Positions 27,358 through 36,577 of a stretch of DNA of 64,000 nucleotides are shown here, in pieces. The stretch comes from an uncultured Eubacteriales bacterium. GTDB taxonomy: Bacteria; Bacillota; Clostridia; Oscillospirales; Acutalibacteraceae. Each line of letters starts with the position of its first letter. Position 1 is the first letter of the stretch. Location of the stretch: the NCBI GenBank assembly GCA_900318905.1, contig ONMK01000001.1, positions 3,827-67,826 on the forward strand, in the 5' to 3' direction. Made by a program: the position numbers and the translations under genes. The notes below the pieces were generated by a model, which was given only the letters and a program-made list of their open reading frames with translations, was not told the DNA's origin and made no database searches.

Positions 27358-29142
27358 TTATTTGCACAGTGCCGCGGCGACTACGTCCTGATAAGTATCC
27401 ATATACACATAGGCTATCACAACATTGTCGATCCCCGATTCATTTTTGATAGTCTGCAGCGCTGTTTTCTGTGTTGTCGGAAGCTGATCGACCTTTTGCT
27501 TTATCAGCGCCCTTTGGGTTTCGTTAATATCGTTCTTAAGGTCATATTCGTAGACCATTACGTTTCCGACGCTATAGATTTGGATCGAGTACTCGTCCGT
27601 TTCCATGCTCTTGGCGATTTGTTCGCTGTTGCTGTTTGTAAGATACTGTGAGATTTTCAGCTGAGTGGCGGCGTCGCTTGTGTCGATAGCATCGTCCTCA
27701 AGAACCGTATTGCCGTCGCTGTCCACAAGATTATGCACATTTGTATTTGAGATCGAGGATTGGCTGCTCTCGGTCACGGGCGGAAGCGAGCTGTCCGAAA
27801 TAGAGCTTTGGATCTGAGATGGAAAATCCGACGATTCAACAGACGTCTGTATTGATGTGCCGCCCGATTTGCCGTCGCCGCCGCTGTTAAGCGCGATAAT
27901 AAGGGCGATTCCGCCGCCTATGAGCACAACAGCCGCTATGATCACCGCGATAATAACAGGCGTTTTTGACTTTTGCGGCTTTGGCTGATAAGAATTTTGC
28001 GGCGGGATATTTGTATTTTGAGGAGCCGTGTACCGAGGAGCGTAAGACGGCTGATTTGTCCATGTATTCTGGGCAGTCTGAGGCGCGGCGGGCTGAGGCG
28101 GCGCGGGCTGCCGATATGTTTGCTGCGGCTGAGCGGGTGCCTGCGGCTTATAATCTGCCGCTGCCGTGGGCTGAACCTCAACAGTGGGGGTTGTAAGCTC
28201 CGAAATCAGCGTATCCATGTCGGGAGTACGGTTTTTCCTTGAAAGCGCAAGTCCGTGCATAAGCGCCTTTTCCTGGTACGGCAGCACCTTAACGCCGAGC
28301 TCCGAGGGCTTTTTGAGAGTATCGTCAACAAGGCGGTCAAGGCTGCTCTGAGGAACGCTGCCCGTAATGCAGGCGTAGATCGTGGCGCAAAGCGCGTATA
28401 CGTCGGTATGAGGCCCCTGCTCGCCGTTCTGGCGGTACTGCTCCTCGGGAGCGAAACCCTGCTTCAGGATAACCGACATCTTGCGTTCTTCGTTTGTATA
28501 GTAGCGCGCCGAGCCGAAATCCATCAGCTTTAGCTTGCCGCGCTTGGTAAACATTATATTGTCGGGGCTTATATCCCTGTGGATAATTCCCTTTTTGTGC
28601 ATGTAGCTAAGCGACCTCATAACAGGAAGCAGCCTTGTAACAAGCTCCTCAAGCTTAAAGCATCCGTGGGTATTGATATAATCCTTAAGGTTTTGGCCGT
28701 CCAAAAACTCCATTACGATATAGGCTGTGCCGTTTTCCTGGAAGTAGTCAAGAACGTCAACGGTACCCTCCTCCTCCGAGAAAGCTGCTACATTTTTTGC
28801 TTCAAGAAGGAATCGGTCAACGCCTTTTTTAAAGAATTCCTCTTTACCCTTTGTTACTATTATTTCCTCGGAAACGGTATTTGTGCGGTTAGCCGCTCCC
28901 GAGGGATAAAATTCCTTTACCGCAACGCGCTTTAGCAGCGTGGTATCGAGGCCGATATAGGTTATTCCGAAGCCGCCCTCGCCCAAAACATTGCCTACAA
29001 GGTAACGCCCCGCAAGCTTTGTGCCCCTGATGAGATGATACGGCGCTTCCGAGGCGGATTTGCCTGCGTTATCGTATCCGCAGTTTTGGCATGTTGTCGA
29101 GCCGTTTAAGGCTCTCATACATTTATAACAGTATTCCTGCAT
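27358..29142 (-). CDS. Hanks-type Ser/Thr protein kinase with N-terminal zinc ribbon, TM helix and extracellular domain
   Basis: CYKC...CQNCG, GEGGFG, VAVKE, HRDISPDN, DFG, APE, DVY; P/Q-rich linker; TM helix. Confidence 0.95.
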   Translation of the reverse strand: MQEYCYKCMRALNGSTTCQNCGYDNAGKSASEAPYHLIRGTKLAGRYLVGNVLGEGGFGITYIGLDTTLLKRVAVKEFYPSGAANRTNTVSEEIIVTKGKEEFFKKGVDRFLLEAKNVAAFSEEEGTVDVLDYFQENGTAYIVMEFLDGQNLKDYINTHGCFKLEELVTRLLPVMRSLSYMHKKGIIHRDISPDNIMFTKRGKLKLMDFGSARYYTNEERKMSVILKQGFAPEEQYRQNGEQGPHTDVYALCATIYACITGSVPQSSLDRLVDDTLKKPSELGVKVLPYQEKALMHGLALSRKNRTPDMDTLISELTTPTVEVQPTAAADYKPQAPAQPQQTYRQPAPPQPAAPQTAQNTWTNQPSYAPRYTAPQNTNIPPQNSYQPKPQKSKTPVIIAVIIAAVVLIGGGIALIIALNSGGDGKSGGTSIQTSVESSDFPSQIQSSISDSSLPPVTESSQSSISNTNVHNLVDSDGNTVLEDDAIDTSDAATQLKISQYLTNSNSEQIAKSMETDEYSIQIYSVGNVMVYEYDLKNDINETQRALIKQKVDQLPTTQKTALQTIKNESGIDNVVIAYVYMDTYQDVVAAALCK

Positions 29143-29165
29143 TATCCTTCCACCTTAAATGATTT

Positions 29166-30227
29166 TTACTTTAATAATTTTTGGTATATTATTTCATCGT
29201 CGCTGTCCAGAAGAACATATACATATACCATATTGTTTACGTTGCTTGCGGTGCGCATGGTCGTAAGCCTTTCGTCCGCGTTGGCAAATTGCAGATCCAT
29301 CAGCGACTTGTATGTCTCTCTTTCGGTATCGGTCGACTTTTCCAGAAGCTGCTCCTCCTGAACATATACGTTGCCGACCGCGTAATACTTCATTGTTGTA
29401 AGTGAATTTGTGCTGTCCTCAACCCCTTGGGATTCAAGGAATGATTTGATCTTCGCTTCGGTGCTGCTGTCGGTTGTGTCGATCGCCGCGTCGCTTGCCA
29501 GCACAACGCCGTTGGAGTTCTTAACGGTATTGGACTCTCCCAAAGGAACGGGGCTTGTTGTGCTTTCCGTCGGCTCGGTTGACGGCTCAACGGTAGTTGC
29601 AGGCGGCTGAGTTGAGCTTGAAGAAGGCTCGGTGCTCACGCTTTCGGTGCTCTCGGTATTTAAGGTGCTTTCGATAACCGAGGTCTGTGAGCTTTCGGGG
29701 GGTGTGTTATTGTCGCCGTCGCCGCCCTTGCCGCCGAAAATCAGCACCAAGGCAACAACCGCGCCGGCTATCACGAGCGCGGCAATAACGGCGATCAGTA
29801 CAATGATAGTTGTCTTTTTCTTTTCGGGAGGAAGCGAACCGTCGCCGCTTCGTGTGCCTTGAATTCCGGTTCCCCGCTGATACTGCTGATACTGTTGAGA
29901 ATAATCATGCGGATTTGAAGCAGGTTGAACAGGCTGCTGATACTGAGGCATCGCGGGCTGTTCCGTAGGTTGGTACTGCGGAGCCGCGGGCTGCTTCGTT
30001 TCCGCATACTGCATACCCGCGGGCTGCTGCGTTTCCCCGTACTGCATACCCTCGGGCTGCTGCGTTTCCTGATATTGCATGCTCTCCGGCTGACTAAAAC
30101 TTTGCCCGGGCACATCCGCGGCCATGGTTTTGACGCCTTCTATTTCAGTAGTGCCGATCTCAAAACCGCAGGTCGGGCAGAATTTTTGATTTGGCTTTAT
30201 TTCGCCGAAGCATCTCGGACAGTTCAT
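29166..30227 (-). CDS. Zinc-ribbon single-pass membrane protein (DUF4854-like C-terminal domain)
   Basis: MNCPRC...QKFCPTCG, Gln-rich repeats, TM helix, S/T-rich stalk, C-terminal domain homologous to that of the kinase. Confidence 0.8.
   Translation of the reverse strand: MNCPRCFGEIKPNQKFCPTCGFEIGTTEIEGVKTMAADVPGQSFSQPESMQYQETQQPEGMQYGETQQPAGMQYAETKQPAAPQYQPTEQPAMPQYQQPVQPASNPHDYSQQYQQYQRGTGIQGTRSGDGSLPPEKKKTTIIVLIAVIAALVIAGAVVALVLIFGGKGGDGDNNTPPESSQTSVIESTLNTESTESVSTEPSSSSTQPPATTVEPSTEPTESTTSPVPLGESNTVKNSNGVVLASDAAIDTTDSSTEAKIKSFLESQGVEDSTNSLTTMKYYAVGNVYVQEEQLLEKSTDTERETYKSLMDLQFANADERLTTMRTASNVNNMVYVYVLLDSDDEIIYQKLLK
29930..30078 (-). repeat. Degenerate in-frame 33-bp tandem repeats
   Basis: Encodes QYQETQQPEGM/QYGETQQPAGM/QYAETKQPAAP/QYQPTEQPAMP; boundaries approximate. 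Confidence 0.75.
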
Positions 30228-30294
30228 AACTTGCTCTCCTTTTCTGAAAATGCGTAAAGAGCGCAGACAGTCCGCGCTCTAAAAAATCAATACG

Positions 30295-31275
30295 CTATTT
30301 TATTACCTTTTGATAAATAATTGAGTTGTCCGCGTCAAGCAGCACATAAACGCACACCATATCGTCAACTCCGCTTGCCGCTCGGTAAGAAGGCAGCTTT
30401 GCCTCCGCTCCGTTTAGCTGGCTTTCCATTGTTGCTCTGTAGGTGGACTTTTCCTGATCGCTTGCTTTGCTCAACAGCTTTTCTTCCTGGACGGCCGCGT
30501 TGCCCTTTGCGTAATACTGCATATAGCTTATGCCTGTGTTGGTACCTGTCAGGCCGTTGTTTTGCAGCATAGCGTTTATCTTCTGCTCGGCGTCGCTGTC
30601 GTTGGGGTGGATAGAGCTGTCGCTGGCTATTTCAACGCCGTCGGCGTTCTTTATAGAGTGCGAGCCGCCCGCGCATGAAGCGATAATGATAATAAGAGCC
30701 ACTATCAAGCCCACCGCGACGACCGCGGACGCAACGATTATGGCGACCTTCTTTTTGTTTACGGTTTTGACCGTGCCGCCGGGTACGGAATAGCCGTAGC
30801 CGCTGCTCTGACCGCCCGGAACAGAATAACCGTAGCTGTTGTTCTGACCATTAGAAAACTGCGACGGCTTGTTGTATTCCTGATACATCTGAGAATAGTC
30901 TTTGGCGGGAGTCTGCCATGCCGACGCCACCGATCCGCCTTCCGGCCATTCGGGCGCATCTGACTGCTGAGCGGACTGTACCTGAGGCTCTGCCTGCTGA
31001 GGAGCGGGCTGTACCTGAGGCTCTGCTTCCTGAGGAGCGGGCTGTACCTGAGGCTCTGCTTCCTGAGGAATAGGCTGTACCTGCGGCTCCGCCTGCTGAG
31101 GTACAGGACTTTGCCAGGCGGACTGCTCCGGCTGCTGAGGAACTGCCGGGATATCATCAACATCCGCCGCCATAGTTCTTTCTACATCGATTTGAACCTG
31201 CGCGATAGGAGCTCCGCAATTCTCGCAGAACTTCTGATTAGGCGCAGCGGGATAATTACATTTTGGACAATTCAT
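30295..31275 (-). CDS. Zinc-ribbon single-pass membrane protein, paralog of 29166-30227
   Basis: MNCPKC...QKFCENCG, P/Q-rich repeats, TM helix, shared C-terminal domain. Confidence 0.8.
   Translation of the reverse strand: MNCPKCNYPAAPNQKFCENCGAPIAQVQIDVERTMAADVDDIPAVPQQPEQSAWQSPVPQQAEPQVQPIPQEAEPQVQPAPQEAEPQVQPAPQQAEPQVQSAQQSDAPEWPEGGSVASAWQTPAKDYSQMYQEYNKPSQFSNGQNNSYGYSVPGGQSSGYGYSVPGGTVKTVNKKKVAIIVASAVVAVGLIVALIIIIASCAGGSHSIKNADGVEIASDSSIHPNDSDAEQKINAMLQNNGLTGTNTGISYMQYYAKGNAAVQEEKLLSKASDQEKSTYRATMESQLNGAEAKLPSYRAASGVDDMVCVYVLLDADNSIIYQKVIK
30965..31100 (-). repeat. In-frame 33-bp tandem repeats (about 4 copies)
   Basis: GGAGCGGGCTGTACCTGAGGCTCTGCTTCCTGA units on the + strand encode Q[Q/E]AEPQVQPAP; boundaries approximate. 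Confidence 0.85.
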
Positions 31276-31313
31276 AAAGCACCTCCGTGTGCGTTATCGG
31301 TTTATGGAATATG

Positions 31314-31838
31314 TTAACGGTTGATTCCGAACGTGATCGGCTGAGATTCCGCCGGAGCCGTGCCTATGCCGATCGTTGAGTCGATTATACCCGTCGGCGC
31401 CGTCGCAACAGGGTCGGTAACGCGCGGCGGAATCGTATCTTTCGGTTCCTGAGTTGTAACCGCCCCGGTCGTTTCGGCTGTTGACGCAGGTTCCGTTGTA
31501 ACGACCTCCGTAACGGCTGCGGACGAAGCAGTTTCCTCCTCGCCTTCTCCGGCGTTGTTCATCATTCTCATAAACATCAAAACAGCAAACACCGCGCTGC
31601 ACACAAGCAGCACACAGGCAATGATCAAAAATACAACGCCCTTCTTCTTTTTAGGGGGCTTGCCGCCCTGAACTGCGCCGGGGATCTCGTTGGGAGGTAC
31701 ATCCTCGTCGTAAAAAACTATATCTCCGTCATAATCCAATGCAAGCTGAGGGTCCGAAAACTCCCTCTCCAATGCCTCGTCATCAAAAAACGGACGGTTA
31801 TTTTTTGAATATTCGTTATTGGGATAGTCCATTAGCAT
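31314..31838 (-). CDS. Hypothetical single-pass membrane protein
   Basis: GGAGGAGGT RBS before ATG 31838; acidic N-terminus, KKKK plus TM helix, Thr/Pro-rich tail. Confidence 0.7.
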   Translation of the reverse strand: MLMDYPNNEYSKNNRPFFDDEALEREFSDPQLALDYDGDIVFYDEDVPPNEIPGAVQGGKPPKKKKGVVFLIIACVLLVCSAVFAVLMFMRMMNNAGEGEEETASSAAVTEVVTTEPASTAETTGAVTTQEPKDTIPPRVTDPVATAPTGIIDSTIGIGTAPAESQPITFGINR

Positions 31839-31920
31839 ACCTCCTCCCATATAATATTACAATTATAATATATTTCGGAAAGCATTTCAATATTTTTGTG
31901 CAAATTTCATGTGTTAATTA

Positions 31921-33828
31921 TCAATCCTTGGGCGTTATCTTTCCGCTTCGGTAAAAATCGAGCAAAGTGCACAAATCGGCAATGTCCTTCCGGATAGCGT
32001 CGCCGTCGTCGGTTGCGAACACCATAACGCGGCGCTGCTCGGTCTCAACTATTTCCGAGCTGGAGTGTATATCCATGTTTTCGCGCAGGGCTTCATCAAG
32101 ACTCTCAAACGGCATGTGCGCTTTAAGGCGCAGCCCGTGTGAATTAAAAATAAGCGTATAGCCGGCTATACCCGTTTTTGCGTGATAATTTTTGCAAAAG
32201 CCGCCGTCGATGACAAGCAGCCTGCCTTCGGCGCGTATCGGCAGCTCTCCCTTTAGCGTCCGAACAGGCGTGTGACCGTTTATGATATGCGACATGGGCG
32301 AATCCAAGCCAAACTCTGCAAGGATCATCTCGCAGGTTTCTTTTTCATAATAATAACGGTAGTACGGGTTTTTGTTTTCGTGCCAAGCGCTTTCATCGGA
32401 AATAAACGCGCGCTCAAACGCCTTTGTTTTTCTGCCGCATAAGGGCGAATTTTCGGCGCAGTGCAGGTACCACATAAAGTCGAGCTCGCTCTGCTTCTTA
32501 TCTTTGCCGAAAAACGCTTCCCGCGCCTTTTGCTCGGCAATATCAAAAAGCTTTTTGCCGCTGTATGTGCCGCCGAAAAGCGAAACGCTCTTAAGGCTGC
32601 CGTCATCATTTAGCGGAACACAGCCGTGATACAGCAGATTACCGTTGAACACGCGGTACATTCCGCCGTTGTCGTAAAGGAAGGTTATCTGCTTTTTAAG
32701 CTGAGGGCTGCCAGTAAACGCCGCCTTTAGGTCTGCGATAACCCCGCTTTCCTCGTCGGTGAGCGCATACGGATTTGAAGCGTCAACCGTCGGAAAGCGC
32801 GTTATATTGAGCTTGTATGTTACGCCGTCGAGAGTAACGGTATAATTTTTATAATCGACCTTATCGAGCAGCAGCCTGTCGTCCATCAAAAACCCGGGGT
32901 TGCGCATAATAAGCTGCCCTTCAAGCTTAAAGCGGATCACAGTTATCGCCGCAAGCATAGCCTTCATCGGCTCCAAATCGGGGTAAAGCCTCTCCGAAAA
33001 CAGCGCAAGTTTGCGCAGGCTGATTCCGCAGCCGCTCTCCAGCGTGCGCACAGCGTTGTAATTCACGCAGTTTCTGACAGCACCCGCGACGCAAACCTCG
33101 CTTCCGGCAGCGGCGCCCATCCACAGAATATCGTGGTTGCCCCACTCTATGTCGATTGAGTGATATGTCATCAGCAACTCTATTATTTTATCGGCAGAGT
33201 CGCCCCTGTCAAAAATGTCGCCCACAATATGAAGGTGATCTACGGCGAGCCGCTTGATAAGCCCCGCGAGCGAAATCACAAAATCGTCCGCGTCAAGGCT
33301 TATTATGGTATCCAGAATATTTCTGTGGTACTCGATCTGGTTGTCGTCCTCGTCCTTCTGGGCGTGAAGCAGCTCGTCAATAATGTAAGCGTAGTCGGGC
33401 GGCATAGCCTTTCTGACCTTGGAGCGCGTGTATTTTGACGACAGCACGCGCGCGATCTCAAGCATGTGTTCAAGCATGTAACCGTACTGCTCTCTGTCTA
33501 TTCCGCCCGATTTTTTCATCATCTGCAGCTTTTCATCGGGATAATAAATCAGCGTGCAGAGCTCCTTTATTTCACCGGCGCTTAGAACTCCGCCGTAAAG
33601 CTTTTCCACCTTTTCGCGCACAACGCCCGAGCAGTTGTTTAAAATATGCCTGAAAGCCTCAAACTCACCGTGAAGGTCGCTCATAAAATGCTCGGTGCCC
33701 TTCGGAAGGTTCAGGATAGCGTTTAAATTGATAATCTCGCGCGTAACAGAGCGCTTTGACGGGTACTTTTCCGAAAGCAGCTTTAAATATTTCATTGTTT
33801 CAGCCGTGTACTTTGTTTCTGTCATCAT
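31921..33828 (-). CDS. fbp: Fructose-1,6-bisphosphatase class III
   Basis: NLPKGTEHFMSDLHGE, GDIFDRG, WGNHD, INGHTP, IDGGF. Confidence 0.95.
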   Translation of the reverse strand: MMTETKYTAETMKYLKLLSEKYPSKRSVTREIINLNAILNLPKGTEHFMSDLHGEFEAFRHILNNCSGVVREKVEKLYGGVLSAGEIKELCTLIYYPDEKLQMMKKSGGIDREQYGYMLEHMLEIARVLSSKYTRSKVRKAMPPDYAYIIDELLHAQKDEDDNQIEYHRNILDTIISLDADDFVISLAGLIKRLAVDHLHIVGDIFDRGDSADKIIELLMTYHSIDIEWGNHDILWMGAAAGSEVCVAGAVRNCVNYNAVRTLESGCGISLRKLALFSERLYPDLEPMKAMLAAITVIRFKLEGQLIMRNPGFLMDDRLLLDKVDYKNYTVTLDGVTYKLNITRFPTVDASNPYALTDEESGVIADLKAAFTGSPQLKKQITFLYDNGGMYRVFNGNLLYHGCVPLNDDGSLKSVSLFGGTYSGKKLFDIAEQKAREAFFGKDKKQSELDFMWYLHCAENSPLCGRKTKAFERAFISDESAWHENKNPYYRYYYEKETCEMILAEFGLDSPMSHIINGHTPVRTLKGELPIRAEGRLLVIDGGFCKNYHAKTGIAGYTLIFNSHGLRLKAHMPFESLDEALRENMDIHSSSEIVETEQRRVMVFATDDGDAIRKDIADLCTLLDFYRSGKITPKD

Positions 33829-33929
33829 AAATCACCGCCTTTATCTATATTTTAACATTTTCGCAATATAATGTAAACAGGAATAAAAAAAACAGAGGCG
33901 ATAAAAATCACCTCTGCAAATAATTCATT

Positions 33930-34490
33930 TTATTGAACCGCAAAAAACAAGTCCTGGGGAACAATCGCGTGGAACAGCATTATCGACGCAACGCCGCAGG
34001 CTATTCCCAAAAACATTCCGACTACCACATCGGTAAGGTAGTGAACTCTGAGATACACCCTCGAAAAACCGATAGTCATTGAAAGCATCAAAATCGGAAG
34101 GAATACATACACGGGGCATCTGCTCAGGATAATGACCGTCGTTACGGAAAACGACGAAGCCGTGTGGCCTGACGGGAACGAGTAGAACGCGCGCGGATTG
34201 TTGATAAGCTTGTCGTCCTCCTCAAGCTTGCTGCAGGGGCGCAAACGCTTAACGGCGTGCTTGATAATTCCCTCGCCCATCAGTGAAGTAAGGCCGATGG
34301 AGAAAATTATCACAAGTCCCGAGTAGCGCCATTTGGGGATAATAAGGAACATTGCGCAGACATACCACCAAACAATGCCCGCATTGCCGAGCTTTGAAGC
34401 AGTTACCATTATTTTGTTTATTGCAGGTCGATGAATTCTCGGAATATTATCAAATATTCTGTCGTCAAGATTCTTCAGTCTGGCAAACAC
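33930..34490 (-). CDS. PAP2 family phosphatase
   Basis: KxxxxRxRP, SFPSGH, SRVYLRVHYLTDV; GTG start at 34490 after AAGGAGG. Confidence 0.9.
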   Translation of the reverse strand: MFARLKNLDDRIFDNIPRIHRPAINKIMVTASKLGNAGIVWWYVCAMFLIIPKWRYSGLVIIFSIGLTSLMGEGIIKHAVKRLRPCSKLEEDDKLINNPRAFYSFPSGHTASSFSVTTVIILSRCPVYVFLPILMLSMTIGFSRVYLRVHYLTDVVVGMFLGIACGVASIMLFHAIVPQDLFFAVQ

Positions 34491-34943
34491 TTTTGCTCCT
34501 CCTTGTCCTTTATTAGCATTCCGCATTACTGCAATTTTATTGTATCATATCGGTTTTATTTTTGCAATAGGTGACAAAGCCAAGGGAAATCAAATATTTT
34601 TTATTTTTTAGGAGATTTTACATAAAACTCTATGCCGTACTAAAGCGAATTGCGATTTTGCCGGGCCCGGATCCGAATGTCGTATTTTGAACAGCCGCAC
34701 ATATAATAACAGGTATTGAGTAAAAATCACAAAGCTCACGATTTCATTATTATACATAGGAAAAGGTTAAGGATTTGTTAAAAATCGAATATTTCTCGAA
34801 CGGAAATATCCGTATTTTTTATTTCTTTTGAGGAAATAATAACAAAGAATTACATTGCTTGTTCAATATAAAAACAAAAATAACAGCAATTTAACAAATT
34901 GAGTACAAGTTTGCCAAAATTCGGTTACAATTTTAAGAATACG

Positions 34944-34972
34944 TTGACTTTACTACAAGTTTGTAGTATCAT
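34944..34972 (+). promoter_or_regulatory. sigma-A-like murA promoter with palindromic spacer
   Basis: TTGACT-N17-TATCAT containing TACTACAA-GT-TTGTAGTA. Confidence 0.55.
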
Positions 34973-35139
34973 TTTCTATAGGAGAATTGTATCGTTACGC
35001 ATATGTAACCACAATCTATAGTGTGTTTTAATCAAAATGTAATATATTTTGTGTGTCCGAATTTTTTAACCACAATATATTGATTCCGTATATTTGAGTT
35101 TATTATTAAACAATCTATCTGCATTGGAGTGTACACCAA

Positions 35140-36435
35140 TTGGAAAAGTTTGTAGTTACGGGCGGTAAGCCTTTGTTCGGCGAGGTAAACATCAGCGGCG
35201 CAAAAAACGCGGCGGTAGCTATCATCCCTGCGGTGATTCTTTGCGATGAACCCTGCCAGATCGAGAATATCCCCAACATCAGCGACGTCACGCTCATCAG
35301 CAAAATTTTGCAGCAAATGGGCGCTAAGGTCAGAAGGATCAACAAGTCAACTTTATATATAGACCCCACTCATATCGGCACATGCAGCGCAATAACCGAG
35401 CTTGTAAGGGGTATGCGCGCTTCGTATTATCTTCTGGGCGCGCTTCTGGGCAAATACGGCAAGGCAAAGGTAGCCCTTCCGGGCGGCTGCAACTTCGGCG
35501 TGCGCCCAATCGACCAGCACCTGAAGGGCTTTGAGGCTCTGGGCGCTGAAACCAGACTTGTAGACGGCGCTATCATTGAGGCTGAGTGCGAGGACGGCTT
35601 AGTCGGCAGCCATGTTTATCTTGACGTTGTATCCGTAGGAGCGACGATGAACATTATGCTTGCGGCGTGCCGCGCCAAAGGCCTTACTATAATCGAGAAC
35701 GCGGCTAAGGAGCCCCACATCGTTGACCTTGCAAACTTCCTCAACTCAATGGGAGCCGACATACGCGGCGCGGGTACCGACGTTATCAAGATCCGCGGCG
35801 TAAGCTACATGCACGGCATCAGCTACTCAATTATCCCCGACCAGATCGAGGCAGGCACATATATGTGCGCCGCAGCGGCAACACGCGGCTGCGTAACCAT
35901 AACAAATATCACTCCAAAGCATTTGGAATCTATCTCCGCAAAGTTCCGCGAGATGGGCTGCAAAATCACCGAATACGACGAGGCGCTTACGATCGACGCC
36001 ACCGTTAAGCCCCTCAAGCGCTGCAATATAAAGACAATGCCGCATCCCGGCTTCCCCACCGACTGCCAGCCGCAGTTCACGGCGCTTTTGATGGGAATCC
36101 CCGGAACGAGCATCGTAAACGAAAACGTCTGGGACAACCGCTACCAGTATATCAGTGAGCTTATCAGAATGGGCGCGCATATCTCGGTTGAGGGCAGACT
36201 TGCAATCATCGAGGGCGGCTCACCGCTGACCGCGGCTCCCGTAAAGGCGACCGACCTCAGAGCGGGCGCGGCTATGATCATCGCGGCTCTGCAGGTAAGC
36301 GGCACAACCGAAATTTCAAGCATCCAGTATATTGAGCGCGGCTACGAGGACGTAGTTGAGAAGTTCAAGTCCCTCGGCGCCGACATCAAAAAGGTGTACT
36401 ACACAGGCGACAACGAGGAAGAGCTCAGAGCCTGA
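35140..36435 (+). CDS. murA: UDP-N-acetylglucosamine 1-carboxyvinyltransferase
   Basis: SGAKNA, LPGGCNFGVRPIDQH, HPGFPTD, ATDLRAGA; TTG start. Confidence 0.96.
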   Translation: MEKFVVTGGKPLFGEVNISGAKNAAVAIIPAVILCDEPCQIENIPNISDVTLISKILQQMGAKVRRINKSTLYIDPTHIGTCSAITELVRGMRASYYLLGALLGKYGKAKVALPGGCNFGVRPIDQHLKGFEALGAETRLVDGAIIEAECEDGLVGSHVYLDVVSVGATMNIMLAACRAKGLTIIENAAKEPHIVDLANFLNSMGADIRGAGTDVIKIRGVSYMHGISYSIIPDQIEAGTYMCAAAATRGCVTITNITPKHLESISAKFREMGCKITEYDEALTIDATVKPLKRCNIKTMPHPGFPTDCQPQFTALLMGIPGTSIVNENVWDNRYQYISELIRMGAHISVEGRLAIIEGGSPLTAAPVKATDLRAGAAMIIAALQVSGTTEISSIQYIERGYEDVVEKFKSLGADIKKVYYTGDNEEELRA

Positions 36436-36454
36436 TAATTTAACAACGCTATTT

Positions 36455-36480
36455 AAGGACAGCTTCGGCTGTCCTTTTTG
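36455..36480 (+). terminator. murA terminator
   Basis: AAGGACAGC-TTCG-GCTGTCCTTTTT. Confidence 0.8.
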
Positions 36481-36577
36481 TTTACATAAAATATCCCCGA
36501 CAGATTTTGTGTTCTGTCGGGGTGTAATATTGTTTGGATTTAAAACTGCGTTTTGATGCACCGTTACTGAAATCGTG

